Source: Trichoplax sp. H2 (taxonomy: Eukaryota). From it: 64,000 nt of DNA. Position 1 is the first letter of the stretch. Every line of letters starts with the position of its first letter. Below the pieces are notes generated by a model. That model was not told the DNA's origin and did not search any database. It was given only the letters and a program-made list of their open reading frames with translations. Both the position numbers and the translations under genes were made by a program. The DNA lies in the NCBI GenBank assembly GCA_003344405.1, contig NOWV01000021.1, forward strand, positions 310,001-374,000. Reading direction: 5' to 3'. This document shows positions 32,901 to 47,483 of this stretch, piece after piece.

Positions 32901-34239
32901 TGATGATTATTGTAGACCATTTGAAGGACAATAACACTATCCGCCAGGCTATATAGCTAAATATCTAATAGACTTTATATAAAATTTTTCATTCATTGTG
33001 CCATCATAGACGTTAATTTCATCGGCTTATGGAATTTTTCGATTCACAAACTGTAGTTAATTAATCATAAAATGATGATCATCTTACTAGCAATCCATTG
33101 AGGGTTCCTAGCTTTACAGTATTTTATGTTGCAGTTATAACTCAGTTATACATGAATTATATCACGAGCTAAAAGAACGCTGATTCAGTACAAACCTTGC
33201 CCATATCATGTATAAATAACTATACTGCCATTTCAATGAAACATAAATACTCTAACCTTGAAAGACTTTTGTTTAGCTCAATTTATTTTTAAAAATACCT
33301 GAGTGGTTGAAACTGATACACGGTCTTAACAGGTCCTGACTACATCTCATTATTGCTAGGTGTCTGTTTCTCAAATACCATTAATTTTACGATATCGCTA
33401 TTTATTTGAGATCAAGATTAACACAACAAATTGTAGAATAATACATCGATAGAATATTTTACTAACTAAATAATCAATACTATATAAATATATCATATCT
33501 AATGTCATAATTCGTACATTATGGTTTATTATAGTAGATTATCGATACTTTATTCAATGGTAGTTAACCATATGTGGCGTTAAACTGTCATTTATAACTT
33601 CCAACCTGATGTATTCTAACTCATAATGTCCTTGTATTTACGTGTTTGCTAATTAAGCTCATTTATGTGAACCTCCATTAAATCAGAACGGCTGTTGCAG
33701 TAAAAACAATTACATTATCACCGTTCGCGACAATAGCAATTACTACCGTTTTGTAATTAGTTGCTCTTATTTAATTCTGATTGTGAGAAGAATGGTCACT
33801 ATGATTTTACTAAATAAAATCGATCGGATGGACTATATTAAATCAACCACATGATCAATAACCAGAAATGATTAATGTCAACAACAACACGTTTGATTGG
33901 TTGAAAGTGCCTAAAGCTATGAGGGGAGGCCATGGCGTCAATTGTTATAAAATTGATCAACTGTTATGTAAACAACTTACAAACAATAACAAGCCTGAAA
34001 CGAGATCAACTTCTACGGTTTGATAAATTTATCGATACAACGTTATACTCATCTTCTTTATGTTGTAAGGAGATTAATTGATAGTTATGGACTCTATGGG
34101 TCTGTAATCGCTGTTGCCAGCTAGATTCTGCGTGCAAATCACATGATGAAATCCATTAAGTAATTAATCACCGCTGAAGCCATATTTTGTTTTCGAATAT
34201 ACGGTATGAAAGATTATACGCGAGCGGAATAATAATAAA

Positions 34240-34590
34240 CATTATACAATAAATTAAATTTCATACTAGTACTCCAATCTGCTAACATTGTTGTACGTTT
34301 ATTCCTCATATGCAATAATTTCAAATGCTTAAGATAACTATAAGTAAATGTAGACATAAACTATATTCTCCTAAAAATTAAGATTTACTAAAAGTATGGT
34401 TTATTTATTTTTTGATAAGAGATTAATAATGAATGTTGATTAATAAATTAAATCTCATACCATTACTCCAGTCTGCCAACGATGTTGTACGTATCTTCCT
34501 CATATGTAATGATTTGAGTAATTAAGATAGCGTTAAGCAATACAGACATGAATCATTATATTCCAACAAAATGAGATTTATTAAAAGTAG
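34240..34590. repeat. Two-copy degenerate duplication
   Basis: TAAATTAAAT.TCATAC...TACTCCA.TCTGC.AAC..TGTTGTACGT.T.TTCCTCATATG...AGATTTA.TAAAAGTA at about 34250 and about 34444. Confidence 0.85.
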
Positions 34591-36708
34591 AGCTAATTCA
34601 TTGTAACTGTAGTTTATGGTTTCTGTTGTATATATAGTTAGTAATAGATTAAATACGATATGTTAACCATAAAGGCATAAATAAAAGGAGACACTATATA
34701 TGTACGTATATGATGATTGTATGGTAGTACTTGTAATACAGTAGGTGATAAATAACATTGTAAAAGGCAGACTGATAAGTTACTAATTGTAGTGCGAAGT
34801 ATAAACTGTAATCATATCGACGTGTAACCTCGTGTAGCTATAAATACCGATCTACTAATAATAAAATGCGGATATCAATCTTACTCACGGAGTGAACTTA
34901 TTATCGAAGAATATAACAGTTTCGATAAGATATACTAAATATGATAAAAATACCGTTTATTGGCATAAGCGTTAGCATGTACTACCATATTCAGTTGGAC
35001 TAATATTGTTATAATATGATCAATCATATACTGATGTAATTTATGGACTTGACAAGATATACCGCTAATGATAAGTACAAGGTATAATTGATAATTGTAA
35101 TAAAAGACACTCAATCTTCCATTGGATGGTAATATTCTACAAATGAAATTTAGGGCAGTTTGCAAAATGACCGATTTCGCATCCGGTCTCGTTCATATAC
35201 ACATTAATATAATTTATAAATTTCATAAATCATGAAGTCGTAAATTTTTATAAACAACAAAAAAATCTCTCGAAGGTTAATGAAATATAATTTCCTACAT
35301 TGTTTTCACAAATTTTGTCAAATTAAACATTTTAAGCGCCATAATATGGGACAGTAATACTGTAACAAGACCATTGATTTTTTAATGTACTATTGAAGCA
35401 AAATTGTTTATTAAATATATATGGTAGTATTTACATAAATCGATATTCATGAATTACTTGGCAATGCAGGCAACGACAATAACGATCATTACTACTACAA
35501 TTATACATTCTACAGAAACATTTATTGTACGAAAAATGTTGAATCCAATCGAATCTACAGTTATTATTCCAAGATATTTTGCAAAGGCTACAGATATTAT
35601 TATCATTTTCCTTACCCGAATCAGACGAGGATTCTAACATTAAATTCAAGCTAGGGTTTTTTATTCACTTTGTTAATCCGGGTTGCACATTTGCCATTCT
35701 TACTATAAATAGCCGCATATATCAATCCAAATTGGCCGAAACCATCGTACTACATGACCGATTTTAAAACAAGCATAGTCTGCGCTGGTCTGATAGACTG
35801 ATGCTATTAAAATGTATATTACGTTCGTAGTAAGATTATTATAGTATTTAGTACAGTGTAGGACGAACATATAGAAAAATATACACGTTAGATTATACAA
35901 ATATTGTTAATTCAAAAAAAAATTAGGAGTTCGCCCTGTAGGCTTAATAACGAGCATTAGTATGTGTTAGGTTATTAACTTACTATATGTCCACAGATAA
36001 GACCCACGTAGAGATTGTTTTTTTTATTTAAACCAGAAAATAATATTAGTTAATTCATTCGTAATGAAATTTATGAATCTAGCAAGGTGATTACCTTCAA
36101 TATAAAGAACATCGATGGCAGATATCGGTATCTTGGATTCTATAATACTATTTTATAAAACTAAATTTAGGAAGTCTGATAAATAGCGTATAAACGGCAT
36201 AAATACGTACAAGCATACCCTGCTATATTCCAGTAGGCTGGTTTTCTTAATAAAATAATTAAAGCCATTATAAATGTAGTTCATGCATTGAATAAGATAT
36301 CTACTAATGATAAAACGAAAATATAGCTGATAATAAACATCTTAAATATATTTAGATCGGATACAATTACCTTATGAAGCAAAATCTAGAAATTATGACA
36401 ATTGTTATATAATTCGCATCAGTATTACTAATGATAAAATAAACTACACTTGATAACAAGCCATATTTTGGAGTGCATAATTCTAATTTGCAACATAAAA
36501 TTTAAGGAATATGAGAACTATTACATAATCGGAGTAAATATTGAGATGCACGTATGTTTCTTCGCAATACTATTTCATAAAGAATAGAAGTACCTTGATT
36601 GGTATGTGCCATGTTTCATAGAGATTTTGCTGTAGCTATGTGCTACTTACTTAAATTATGTCCTAACAGCTTAATATACTGATATGAAGTAACTGTCTTC
36701 AGTCTTAT

Positions 36709-37695
36709 ATGATTTATCGTATACAATGCAAAATTTATTTTCTGAATAAAATGCATTAAATCAGTCTCCAATAGCTACTTAATTTACTTCGAAAGATTTA
36801 TCGAACCCTTTATCTCAATATATAGCTGTAGAAGTGAGTAATCTATGCCAGCTAATGTGATGTGACATGCAGTATTAAAATCGCTAGTAAAATAACCATA
36901 AAAGATTACTATAATATTGTTTTAAATCTTNNNNNNNNNNNNNNNNNNNNAGTAATTTTAGTCCACAGAGGAATCCAGTACTATAAAAGCTTTTTATTAC
37001 AAGGTTCTAAAGAATAGTACAGCAATAATTAATTACTCACAAGAATCTAGTCTAAAGTAATCTGAGCTCAATTAGATATCAAATCTTTTTTCCTTTACGC
37101 TCAGATTTGTACACTTTATATACTTTTCTCTGAATCTATTTAAGGCAATAACATCGTCTACAATCAGACATGAATCATCACTACATTTTACAGTATTAAT
37201 CAAACTGCTTACAATATTATTACTTTACCATTAATGTCCAACACCGTAAGGTATTGGGCATCTTTACAATCTTAGTATTTCAAGTCGTATAACGTCCTGT
37301 ACCATAATTAGTTAACAGCTATATTAGTGAATAACACTTTCTAATATAGTAGTTACCAGTCACCTAAATCTAGCAGCACAAGAATATCTATTTTTAGAAA
37401 CTTAACTATTCTAAATATAGTACACAACACAATCAAATATAGCTATCGCTACAAGCAAATATAGGGTGCATCACTACAATGATTTATCGTATACAATGCA
37501 AAATTTATTTTCTGAATAAAATGCATTAAATCAGTCTCTAATAGCTACTTAATTTACTTCGAAAGATTTATCGAACCCTTTATCTCAATATATAGCTGTA
37601 GAAGTGAGTAATCTATGCCAGCTAATGTGACATGCAGTATTAAAATCGCTAGTAAAATAACCATAAAAGATTACTATAATATTGTTTTAAATCTT
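36709..37695. repeat. Near-identical 220-bp direct repeat (36709-36930 and 37479-37695) straddling the gap, probably an allelic or assembly duplication
   Basis: ATGATTTATCGTATACAATGC...GTTTTAAATCTT occurs twice. The copies differ by one substitution and a 5-bp indel, and the first ends exactly at the N run. Confidence 0.9.
36931..36950. other. Assembly gap (20 N)
   Basis: Run of n characters. Confidence 1.
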
Positions 37696-40600
37696 ACACA
37701 ATTTATATGTATAGAATAAAATCGATTTTTTCCACTAAAGTGCTTTATATTAATCTCATAGAGCTACTAAAGCTGTTTTTGCAGATTTGCTAAACCCTTC
37801 ATCAAAATGCTTAATCGCAAAAATGAGTAATCCATAACCACTAATATCTTGTTACAAGATTAATTTCGCTATAAAAATAATTAATCATAAAAGTTCATTA
37901 TCATATGACATGCTTACTTGATTTAACATAACTCTAACTAAACAAATAATATCATACAACATTATAGTCTTGAAATTACAAAATATTCTTAGAAATGGTA
38001 GTAACACAATTACATAATATATGTGATAGCTTCTCATAATAAAGTTCTTTACTCATTGCTATAAATGTCCTGTATGTACTGGCATTATTCTAATAATATT
38101 AACTTTATAAACTATAACTTATTTCAAAAATTATAACTCTTTTGTAACATTTACCGACGCAATAAAATGATAATCGCAGTTTTTCATCTACTGTACAATT
38201 TTTTACAAGAATTTAGATATGACTCATGTCAAAATGTAGACTCATTCAAAAATAGCAGTGATGACGTATCGCTAATATTTTACAACGTAAAATTTATTCA
38301 CAATGGTTAATGAATTTTTAAGTAAGGTTTATTACCAGTGCCGGACATTCATGCTGACCCAAGGTATATTTTATCACAAAGAAAGTAGTTTTATACATAC
38401 GCTATATTTCATTCAGTACTTTCTCTTGAAGGGCATTGATATTCCCAATTTATTGTATTTTTTAATTCATGGTCCAACCTTTCACTATATTTATATATGA
38501 GACTTTTTAACTATTATCGTACTCGCTCAAACAAATGCTATCAACCTTTCAGATTAATTAGCAATTTTATGATACTCGATAAACAAATTACTACACTACA
38601 TTACAACGTTATCATTGTATGTTGACTGAATTGAATACGAATACATAATTATTGTAGCCAGTATAAATACGTATTTTATCATAATGATGTTACTTTTACA
38701 TCTGTCAATATTTCATATGATTCATATCTAATTATAATTACCATAGCAGTGCAATGCTACAAATTGATTCTAAACAATAAAGTCAGACAGAAGCTACAGT
38801 AAACTATATCAATACATGTAAAGTTCGAAATTTTGATAAATTCCTTTACGACTAAATTGTACAACCAAATAACAAGCTTACAGCTTAAATATATTAAAAA
38901 GAATTATCGAGTCTATCAAGACATAAATCTCAAGTTATACTTTCAGTGAATAATATCAGTAATTGTTACTCCTGTCATATAAGCGCGACTTTTCATAAAT
39001 ACAGTATATCTTTAAGTAGTACTAAATGCTTTCAATGTATTAATTTTAGAACTTCATTTAATTCTGGTAAGCTTCCATAAATAATGTTACGCTAACAAAA
39101 TTTCTCTCAAGCAAAAATTAAGCCTAAGTAGTCTATATCACTTTATTCTACACCGGTAATAAATCATTGCTATCTAGTTCGATGCTAATGTTGTTATTCC
39201 ATTTAATTTAATCAGTATAGAAAAATTTTATTCAGTTTTATACTATACCAAATATACATATCGTGGTAATAATTGGATTTTTGGGGGTTACTATATTTGG
39301 TTGCCAAATATCGTACATCGTCAAAAGTCAACAGCGGATTTACGTAAGGAACAATTAATATCATAATGATTTACTTCTGCTTTTCCATCACAATGATAAC
39401 AATAACTTATATTTCCGATAACTAAATTACTTCTCCACGAATTGATACACAAACATTGGTCTCCGGCGTATATTTTTCCGCTGATGTTCAAATTTTATTT
39501 CAAGAGGGATATAATTTTGTTTTATAATAAAACTATGTATCGATATTCTAGTACAGAGCAGATAAAAAAATTAAAGCTTAGCTAATTGGATCAATTTATT
39601 TTAGTTATCCTGATATCAGCGTTCAACTTAACTAGAACTTTATATAGTTATACGAAGGCTATTCGTCTAAAACAATTGATACTAGTTATATTTTATGCCA
39701 TTGCAATATTATAATCATGGCATTGAAGACGAAAACAAAAGCGCCTTTGTTTTGTGACAATTTATAATTAGAATAAATCTTAAATATATTTTACGCTCAA
39801 CATAATTCATTAGAAAGTAATTGCACAAACCGAATACACTATAGAAGAAACAAATACAATTAGGTTCTATCCATACTTAAAATTGCAAATGGTTTTGCTG
39901 ATTTAAACTAAAGTAGCTACTATACGCATATCATATCAACGATATTGTAGTATAAATGGATTAGATGAAAATGAATAAAAATATCGGACGCATATGCGAA
40001 ATTTAATAGTTAATAACCTCATTTTACACTATTTTCTTATTGTACATTCTTAAAATAACACTGGAGTTATTATTGATCAGTACTATTCAGTTAGATCATT
40101 TTGATCACTGTTTTGGCTACATTAATCCTCAAAGATTGTCCACGACGTTGGAATCAACAAGAAAAATCCACTTTAGATTGATTTTGCTCATAATAGAAAA
40201 ATGATTTCTATTCAAAACATTAATAAAGAGCAACTACAAATTTGCATCTTCTATTATATCCAATTCAATGAATGTAGATGGAGAATTAATCAATCGCCTG
40301 TCTCCATCACTACCCATAAATTGTTGTTATCGATATTCATTTATAAATTATGATATCCTTCAAGAAATGAAAATACCTTAAATCGGATCATGATTAATAA
40401 TAAACATTTTAATTATCATATTATCCTGAAATATATCAATATTTAAATTCAGACGATTAATACAATAAGAAATCAATTATTATCAGAGTCACAATGCCTA
40501 TAAAAAAGATTATCAAGACCGCCCTTAACATATTTGAAGAATCTTATATATCCAATAAAATCAATTATTAAGCTAGAAGACTTTACTTGTGGGGTTTTAT

Positions 40601-41956
40601 TTTATCTTTATTAATCAGCTCCACTTGAGCGAACGGGAAAAAGGACTAGCATTTTAAAGCAAAGAAATTTTTAAATTCTCTTCTTTTTTACACTGGTACA
40701 AATCGAACAAACTCATCTAACAAATGCAAACGAATTGATACATGTAACTACTAATACCTACGATCTGGACATTTTGGATGGCTATCTAGAAAAACCAAAC
40801 TCTCTTTTTTCATTTTTGCTATTCAAATAAGAAAACGCACTTCAGTCAAGATGGCCAATAAATATTAAAGCTGAAAAATGTTCCAATATTCTTAATAACT
40901 GATTTACATTTATCATCATTCTCAACCACAACACCCAATCTTCTATTATTATACGAAAAGAATACTACATATCACATACATAAGGCAATTTAAACGTCTT
41001 TTCGTGGTTATTCGTGGATAAAAATTAAACAGAACCTAGATTTGTCCTTGTCGATCCGATACTGGATATATTATGCACCTAATGCAGAAAAATCCTCTCA
41101 GTATCACTATTACTTCGACAGAATCAATAGTCTCCATTTAACATTAGATGAAGCTTATCACTGCCTATTTTGTTCAAGAATTTACTTGATAGGAAACTAT
41201 TTAGAAAAGAAATTTTAACTATTTCAGATTTCAAAGATTTGCAGAATATTTGCCCGGAGATTTAGCATCGTCATAGTCAAGATTAGGCATCTTTCGGGTC
41301 CTAAAAAACTACTTTTTTGAATATCTTGAATACCATTGCAAGAATATCGTTGTAGTAATCTTTCAAGTTTCCCAACATATTCAAAAGTTGATAAAAGTAT
41401 CATTCTTTTTTAGATCGCCCAGGCAATCATTGGTTATTAGAAAAAACAAATAGTCAATATATTTACAGGCACTGATAAAACTTAATTGCAGTACTATTCA
41501 AGTTATAATTACGAACAGACTTTATTGTCTCTAATCTGCGTCAATATTTTTTAGAAAGGAACTTCAAGAAACTAGTTTCTGTTCACAAGATAAATCAATA
41601 TTGGTTGATACCATCTTTACACAGCGAGGAATCAATTTATTCAATATAACAGCTAGAACTTTCTCTCTATAAAAGCAAATTGAGAATATCTTGGTATAAT
41701 CATTATACAGCTTTTCTTGAAAATTGTAAAAGCTTGCAATTTGTACGTAAAAAACAGATCTTTAAAACGTTAAAAAGGCACATTGTTTTTATTTTCAAGC
41801 CTCTGCACCACCTACCTATTTTTTCACTTTTAGCCATTCAAGAAAACTATTCAAACTAGCTTGATCTCCAATAATACTGATTTATTGTTTGTAAATATCT
41901 TATACTCGACAGATTGTTCACAAAATCAATTCATTTTATTTGTAACATCTGCCATC

Positions 41957-42955
41957 ATGTCTCGTCCTGTATTACTTGGAGCTGGAATTGCTACCTTAAT
42001 TACTAATAGTGCTTTATTTGCTTTCATTAGAAGTAAGCGAAATTTACGTTTATTATCTCACATACTTTTACAAAGTATGCTCATTAATGGTTTTATATGG
42101 GGTCTTTATCAAGTAATTCGATTCAGTAACAATTTCTCATATACAATTGGAATCATCTGCATCGTTTTACCTCGTCTTGGTCAAGCCATATTTATCAGTT
42201 TAAATTTGCATTCTTGTCTTATTATGTCAGAACGTTATTTTGCTATCGCTTATCCATTTCGCTACAACAGACTCCTAACAATCGGAAATTTATCCATTGC
42301 CGTTGCGCTTGTTTGGCTATTGCCAACTGCAGTACCTTTAGTCTCGATCATCGATGGCATCTATTCCAATCGGTTAACTAACTGCAGCGTAGCCAACATT
42401 CAACAATTTCTTAGAATTGATTTCATTTGCCATCTAATTATGTTAATACTAGCTACTTTATTACTTACGTTATTACTTGCTATGTATAATCGGATTATCT
42501 ATCTTCTTAAATTGAGCCAGCTTCATCAAGTAGGAGTTGCTACTCATGGATATAGTCTTTCATCGGGCGAGATGGTGGACAATTCAGTACCGCGCAGCAG
42601 TTTGGCGCTGAGAAAGAAAGCAGTTATACAAGCTATGGTCGTCTTTACATTTTATGTCATCTTTTTACTACCCTTTCAAATATTATCTACTATTACCTTA
42701 TCTGATTTCAGTTACTTTAGATTTTTAGTACCCTCTGTGCTTGTTGTACGTGATATTGCCTTTTGTTATCCTGCCTTGCAACCGCTAGTATATGCTTATT
42801 TTACTGCTGATATCCGTAAAGAGATTTGTGCAGTCTATTACAAGATAGTGAAATCAACACGTTTACAAGGTAGAACGTCAAAGAATAAAACTAGAGTATC
42901 TACTTTCAAGGGAGCTTCTGATATGCATTTACCTATCATGACTTCCAATAATTAA
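41957..42955 (+). CDS. Rhodopsin-class (class A) orphan GPCR, intronless CDS, 332 aa from the first ATG
   Basis: Seven hydrophobic segments; TM1 Asn (LITNS), SERYFAIAYPFRY (DRY-like), TM4 Trp (VWLLP), TM6 FLLPF, TM7 QPLVYAY (NPxxY variant) and helix-8-like DIRKEI. A TATAAAAG box lies at 41668-41675. Confidence 0.9.
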   Translation: MSRPVLLGAGIATLITNSALFAFIRSKRNLRLLSHILLQSMLINGFIWGLYQVIRFSNNFSYTIGIICIVLPRLGQAIFISLNLHSCLIMSERYFAIAYPFRYNRLLTIGNLSIAVALVWLLPTAVPLVSIIDGIYSNRLTNCSVANIQQFLRIDFICHLIMLILATLLLTLLLAMYNRIIYLLKLSQLHQVGVATHGYSLSSGEMVDNSVPRSSLALRKKAVIQAMVVFTFYVIFLLPFQILSTITLSDFSYFRFLVPSVLVVRDIAFCYPALQPLVYAYFTADIRKEICAVYYKIVKSTRLQGRTSKNKTRVSTFKGASDMHLPIMTSNN

Positions 42956-44116
42956 AGTTGAATGTCATGAAAAGAAATTGAACGATATTCTAAGCATAAA
43001 ATGATATTACATTGACGAAAAGATTAAATTCATCACAAATCCATTTTTATTCCCCTTTGATATAATATATTATATAATAAGTCTATACCAAAGTTAACGC
43101 TGAATATTATTAGACAAATAGGTTTGTATAATTGCTGTATTTCCTTTACAAAGATCTTTTATATAAAATATTTGTATTTACTATTAAGTTGAAATTCCTT
43201 TCAACCCCATATATAAATAAAATGGATCATAGTTACTTTCTGTCTAAACCTTAAGGATATATTAAGTATGTATTAGATCTTATACGTGCATTATAGATTA
43301 TAGTATCGATAATTTATTATTGAATTCCTTGTACTCTTTAATATAATCAATAATTAGGTTTGCAACCGAACTTACATAACTATTCTAGATTGTTTCATCC
43401 ATCGTGTCTTCGGATCTTCGCTGTTAAAATAGTTACGGTATATTATTTAACTACTATATTAATATCACAATGCAATTTAAATCTTACCCATATTATACTA
43501 TTGAAGGAAAGCCGTAATTTTAATGTATGTATTGAAGTCAATATTTCATCTTTTTAAGCTTCCTTTTTGGCCTTATTTTTCCTTGATTGTCTATATATTG
43601 ATATCTAAATTAAATTTATCCTCAAATTTACGATAGTCCATGCTCACAAACATGTAACAAATATATGAACTCGATTCATGAATATAAGCAATCGGCCTTC
43701 AAATATTTCACGTGGAGATATTCAATTATGTCGATTATGCCGAGACTCATACATGGTGAGAATATGTGCTGAAATATCTATATATGTGAATGTTAACCTT
43801 ATAAATGATGATTGAGCACTAATCTGGAATGGAATATCTTGAATGCATTATCTACTAATCTCTAGTTTCTGCGCATTTGGGAATGATATTTTAGATTTAT
43901 TTTTATGCCAATGAAAATAGGGAGATAATAGATAGTCAATAATTGAAATAGCATGAGTATTGCATGATCTACTCTTAGCATTTGTTACTGACATTCTATG
44001 TACAGCTAGAGATCTCGATTGCTCCCTTAATTCAAGAGCTTCGAATTTTGACCAAGTTGCCAATGATTCAAACTCAATTAACAATTTATTTTGATACTGA
44101 TTCATAATATTATTAT

Positions 44117-44376
44117 AATAAGCAGTCTACAAGAATCTAGGTTTACAAATATATATATTAGACATAAGTGTACCGGATTAATTAATGCAATTATTTACCA
44201 CCAATAACAATTATATTTACTATTTTTATAATGCTTAATAGTGATCCATAATAGTTTAATAAGCAGTCTAAAAGAATCTCGCTTTTTAAATAAGTATAGC
44301 AGATATGGGTGTACTAAATTAATTAATATAATTATTTACTACCAATAACAACTATCTTTACTTTTTCTATAATGCT
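44117..44376. repeat. Two-copy tandem duplication, about 141 bp
   Basis: TAATAAGCAGTCTA.AAGAATCT...AATTATTTAC.ACCAATAACAA.TAT.TTTACT...TATAATGCT at 44117 and 44258. Confidence 0.85.
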
Positions 44377-46029
44377 ATATGCGTGTACATAGGTACTGCA
44401 TACGGGAATAATCATTCATAGAATAGCGAATTATTAGAAGATAAAATTACGCTAGAAAAGGTTACGATAATGTTATGGTCTTGTTTATAACTTTATAGTG
44501 AGTTTGAGTGTCATAAATAATTGACTTCATGGCTCTACTACTGCTTTTTACAAAAGTTGTATCGATTTTGTTACAGCAATCAGATGATAAAAATGTTGGA
44601 GCTTAAGCAACTTGATTTAAGTTAATAATGCGCCCGTAATCCAGAAAGTACATTAATATCGTCAGATTGATATCGGTACCTATTATCAAGGAGTCTAATA
44701 TGTTTCTGCTGCTGCATATACCTATAATAACTTTGATTCGTAAAATGGATAAAATTTGCATTAGAAAGTGATCATAACGATATGACAATATGTTAATAAA
44801 GCCATATCAAAAGTTACCTTTGCAATCAATCCATACCATATGTTATCGTCAATATCTGCACTTTTGCCTCTATTTATTACTCGTATGCACACTATAGTAA
44901 TTTAAGAATTTATAAAATATTAATTAAATAGCGCAGTAATGCCAGAGATTTTCAAGAGAACATTGCTCCTTCCATAACTTTTAAATAATTTCATTCGATT
45001 TCAACCTTCGTTGCTAAAGAGCTTTGTTATATTATCGTAAATTACCTGAAGGTTATCATACCACATCAAAATAAGATGACTGACTTCATCATAAAAATGC
45101 TTGCCTCATGATTAATAAATGAAATTAATTTATTTACTACCGGTACATAAATAATAGAAAACTGTTAGAAATTTAAAACGTTTCATCTTTTATGCACAGA
45201 AAGTATTTATTACAATGGGCGTTTATTAAATAAAGATCATGGATAGAATTCTTAACTATAATCTAATTGATACACATATCTATGATTATTCGTCAGTCAT
45301 GATGATTAATAAATCAAATTTTTTAATATCTATCAAGCATGATCAAAAATAAGATTGATTTCCATCCAATGCCTAATTGCAATTTTCTAATTTTTGCCAT
45401 CATATTATGACCATAGACATCAATCTAAGCGGATGCGTTAAATCATTATATTGCATTCTAATCTCGCTTGAGTAACTTTAAATGAAATTATATGAAAGTT
45501 TTTTAGTCACTTTCTTTTGGTATTGAATAGCCAACTTTATGCTTATCGGCGACAAGAAAGATATTGTAGTTACTGCCTTTTATGATGGATATATAAGATA
45601 GACATCAGCAATGAAATATTAATATCGATTATAATGGCCATAACCTGGATATGTTTTTATATTCTCTGACAGATTAAATAAAAATTGTTCATCTGTGGCG
45701 ACTTATTCGGATTTGAAATGATTTATTCAACACTATTGTTCAGGATATCGTGCAAAATTAAAACGAAATCTTACAATACCCTAGATACATGAAATTGTTT
45801 ATTTTCATAGCCAGATAAATCTCTCTTGACCTTATCCACTTAACATTATATAACGTAAAGAATGCACTTTGTTTTTCTATGAGCAAGTCAATAGAAGGAA
45901 GAGGTTTTCAATATAATGTAACTTACTGCTTCATTGAAGTAAAATACTAATTTTATGGCTAGTTATGCAAGCTTATTACAAACCATCACAAAATTGAAAT
46001 ATTGTAGCAATATGCACAATACTGGGTGG

Positions 46030-46472
46030 TAGATTAGGGTTACATAATCTTTTGCAATATATCGATCATACTGTATATTGGATATAATCAATACTTGTCT
46101 ATTTGATTCGAAATTTAAAAAATCAATTATCACTTTAAAGCCTTGGTTCGAGGCGTGAAATATAATCTATAATGTGATAGTGTATCAGGGTTATATTAAC
46201 TTTAACAATCATCGATCATACTGTACATTGGAAATAATTGATATTTATCCATTTAATTCGAAATTAAAAAGTCAACCGTTATCTTATAGCCTACTTAGAG
46301 ACGTGAAATATAATCTGTAATGTGATAGAGGATCAGGGTTATAGTAATTTTTGCAATACATCGATCATACGGGATATTGGATATAAATGATATTTATCCA
46401 TTTGATTCAAAATTTAAAAAACTCTACTATTACCTTAAAGTCCTGGCTAGAGGCGTGAAATATAATCTGTAA
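46030..46472. repeat. Three-copy tandem repeat, about 150 bp unit
   Basis: ATCGATCATAC...ATTGGA.ATA...GAG(G/A)CGTGAAATATAATCT.TAA at about 46061, 46211 and 46360. Confidence 0.9.
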
Positions 46473-47064
46473 CCGCTGACATAGGTACGTATAAATAGTA
46501 AGATAATTTTTTGATATAATGTTGAATGTTGTTCTATTAACTAATCGTTGACTTTCAATGATTCTTTAACTACAACCAATCCCGTTAAAATTCTCTTTTA
46601 GCATGTATTGTATTATATCCATTAATTAATATAAGATTTTTTAGTACTATCTCCTTTGCAATCAAGATAAGTACTGAGAGCCTATGTAAGTACATTATAA
46701 ATTATTACAGCATATAATATTACTATAACCATCGGAAATATCTTATCAAATCCTCTATTTTGGTAATTAAAATAGCGCAAACTCAACGTTAGTGTTTTTC
46801 TTAATATTTATCGGCATTCATTACATAGATTGTAAGTTTTAAATTAATCTGTGACAAGGAAAAATGTTACTGTAATAATTTCAACTTTGAGCAGTAGCAA
46901 CTGCAATCAAAGTTTTTGTATCGTTTTCAGCTAACACAAATAGCAATGTCTTCTAGCTTTAAGACTTAATAGATTTCATAAGAATCTACAATGAAATGAC
47001 TTACAAACTTTTAATTTTGTATTATACATGTAGAACACCAACTATCTAAGCAGTCATGGGAATC

Positions 47065-47483
47065 TCCTATCAAAATAACATTCGAGAAAATTGAGCTAAT
47101 CTTGCCTAATGATGATAACATTAATTTCCCGATTTTAAAACTGTTAAATATGACATTCCTTGTCAAAATCAGTAATACTCTATTAACCTGTGCATAGGTA
47201 TAGATTTTAAACGTCAAGATAAACTTAATAGATGCAATACAAATCTAAGATATAATATCTTGTGAACTTTTAAGTTTGAATTATATACGTGGGATATCAA
47301 CTATCAAAGCAATCACAGATATCTCTCATCAAAACAAAAATCGAAAAATTGAGCTAAATCTTGTCTAACGAAGATCATACCTCTTTCCCTAATTTTAAAA
47401 TTGTATAATATGAAATTCCTTGCCAAAATCAGTAAAACTCTCCATAACCGTATCTGTATATAGGTGTAGATCATAAAGGTCAA
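47065..47483. repeat. Two-copy degenerate duplication, period about 260 bp
   Basis: TCGA.AAAATTGAGCTAA.TCTTG.CTAA...TTTTAAAA.TGT..AATATGA.ATTCCTTG.CAAAATCAGTAA.ACTC...TCAAG at about 47082 and about 47341. Confidence 0.85.

Noticed and set aside
36709..37695. Direct repeats of 220 bp that could be LTRs
   Set aside because: One copy ends at the N gap, there are no TG...CA ends or internal ORF, and near-identity fits uncollapsed alleles.
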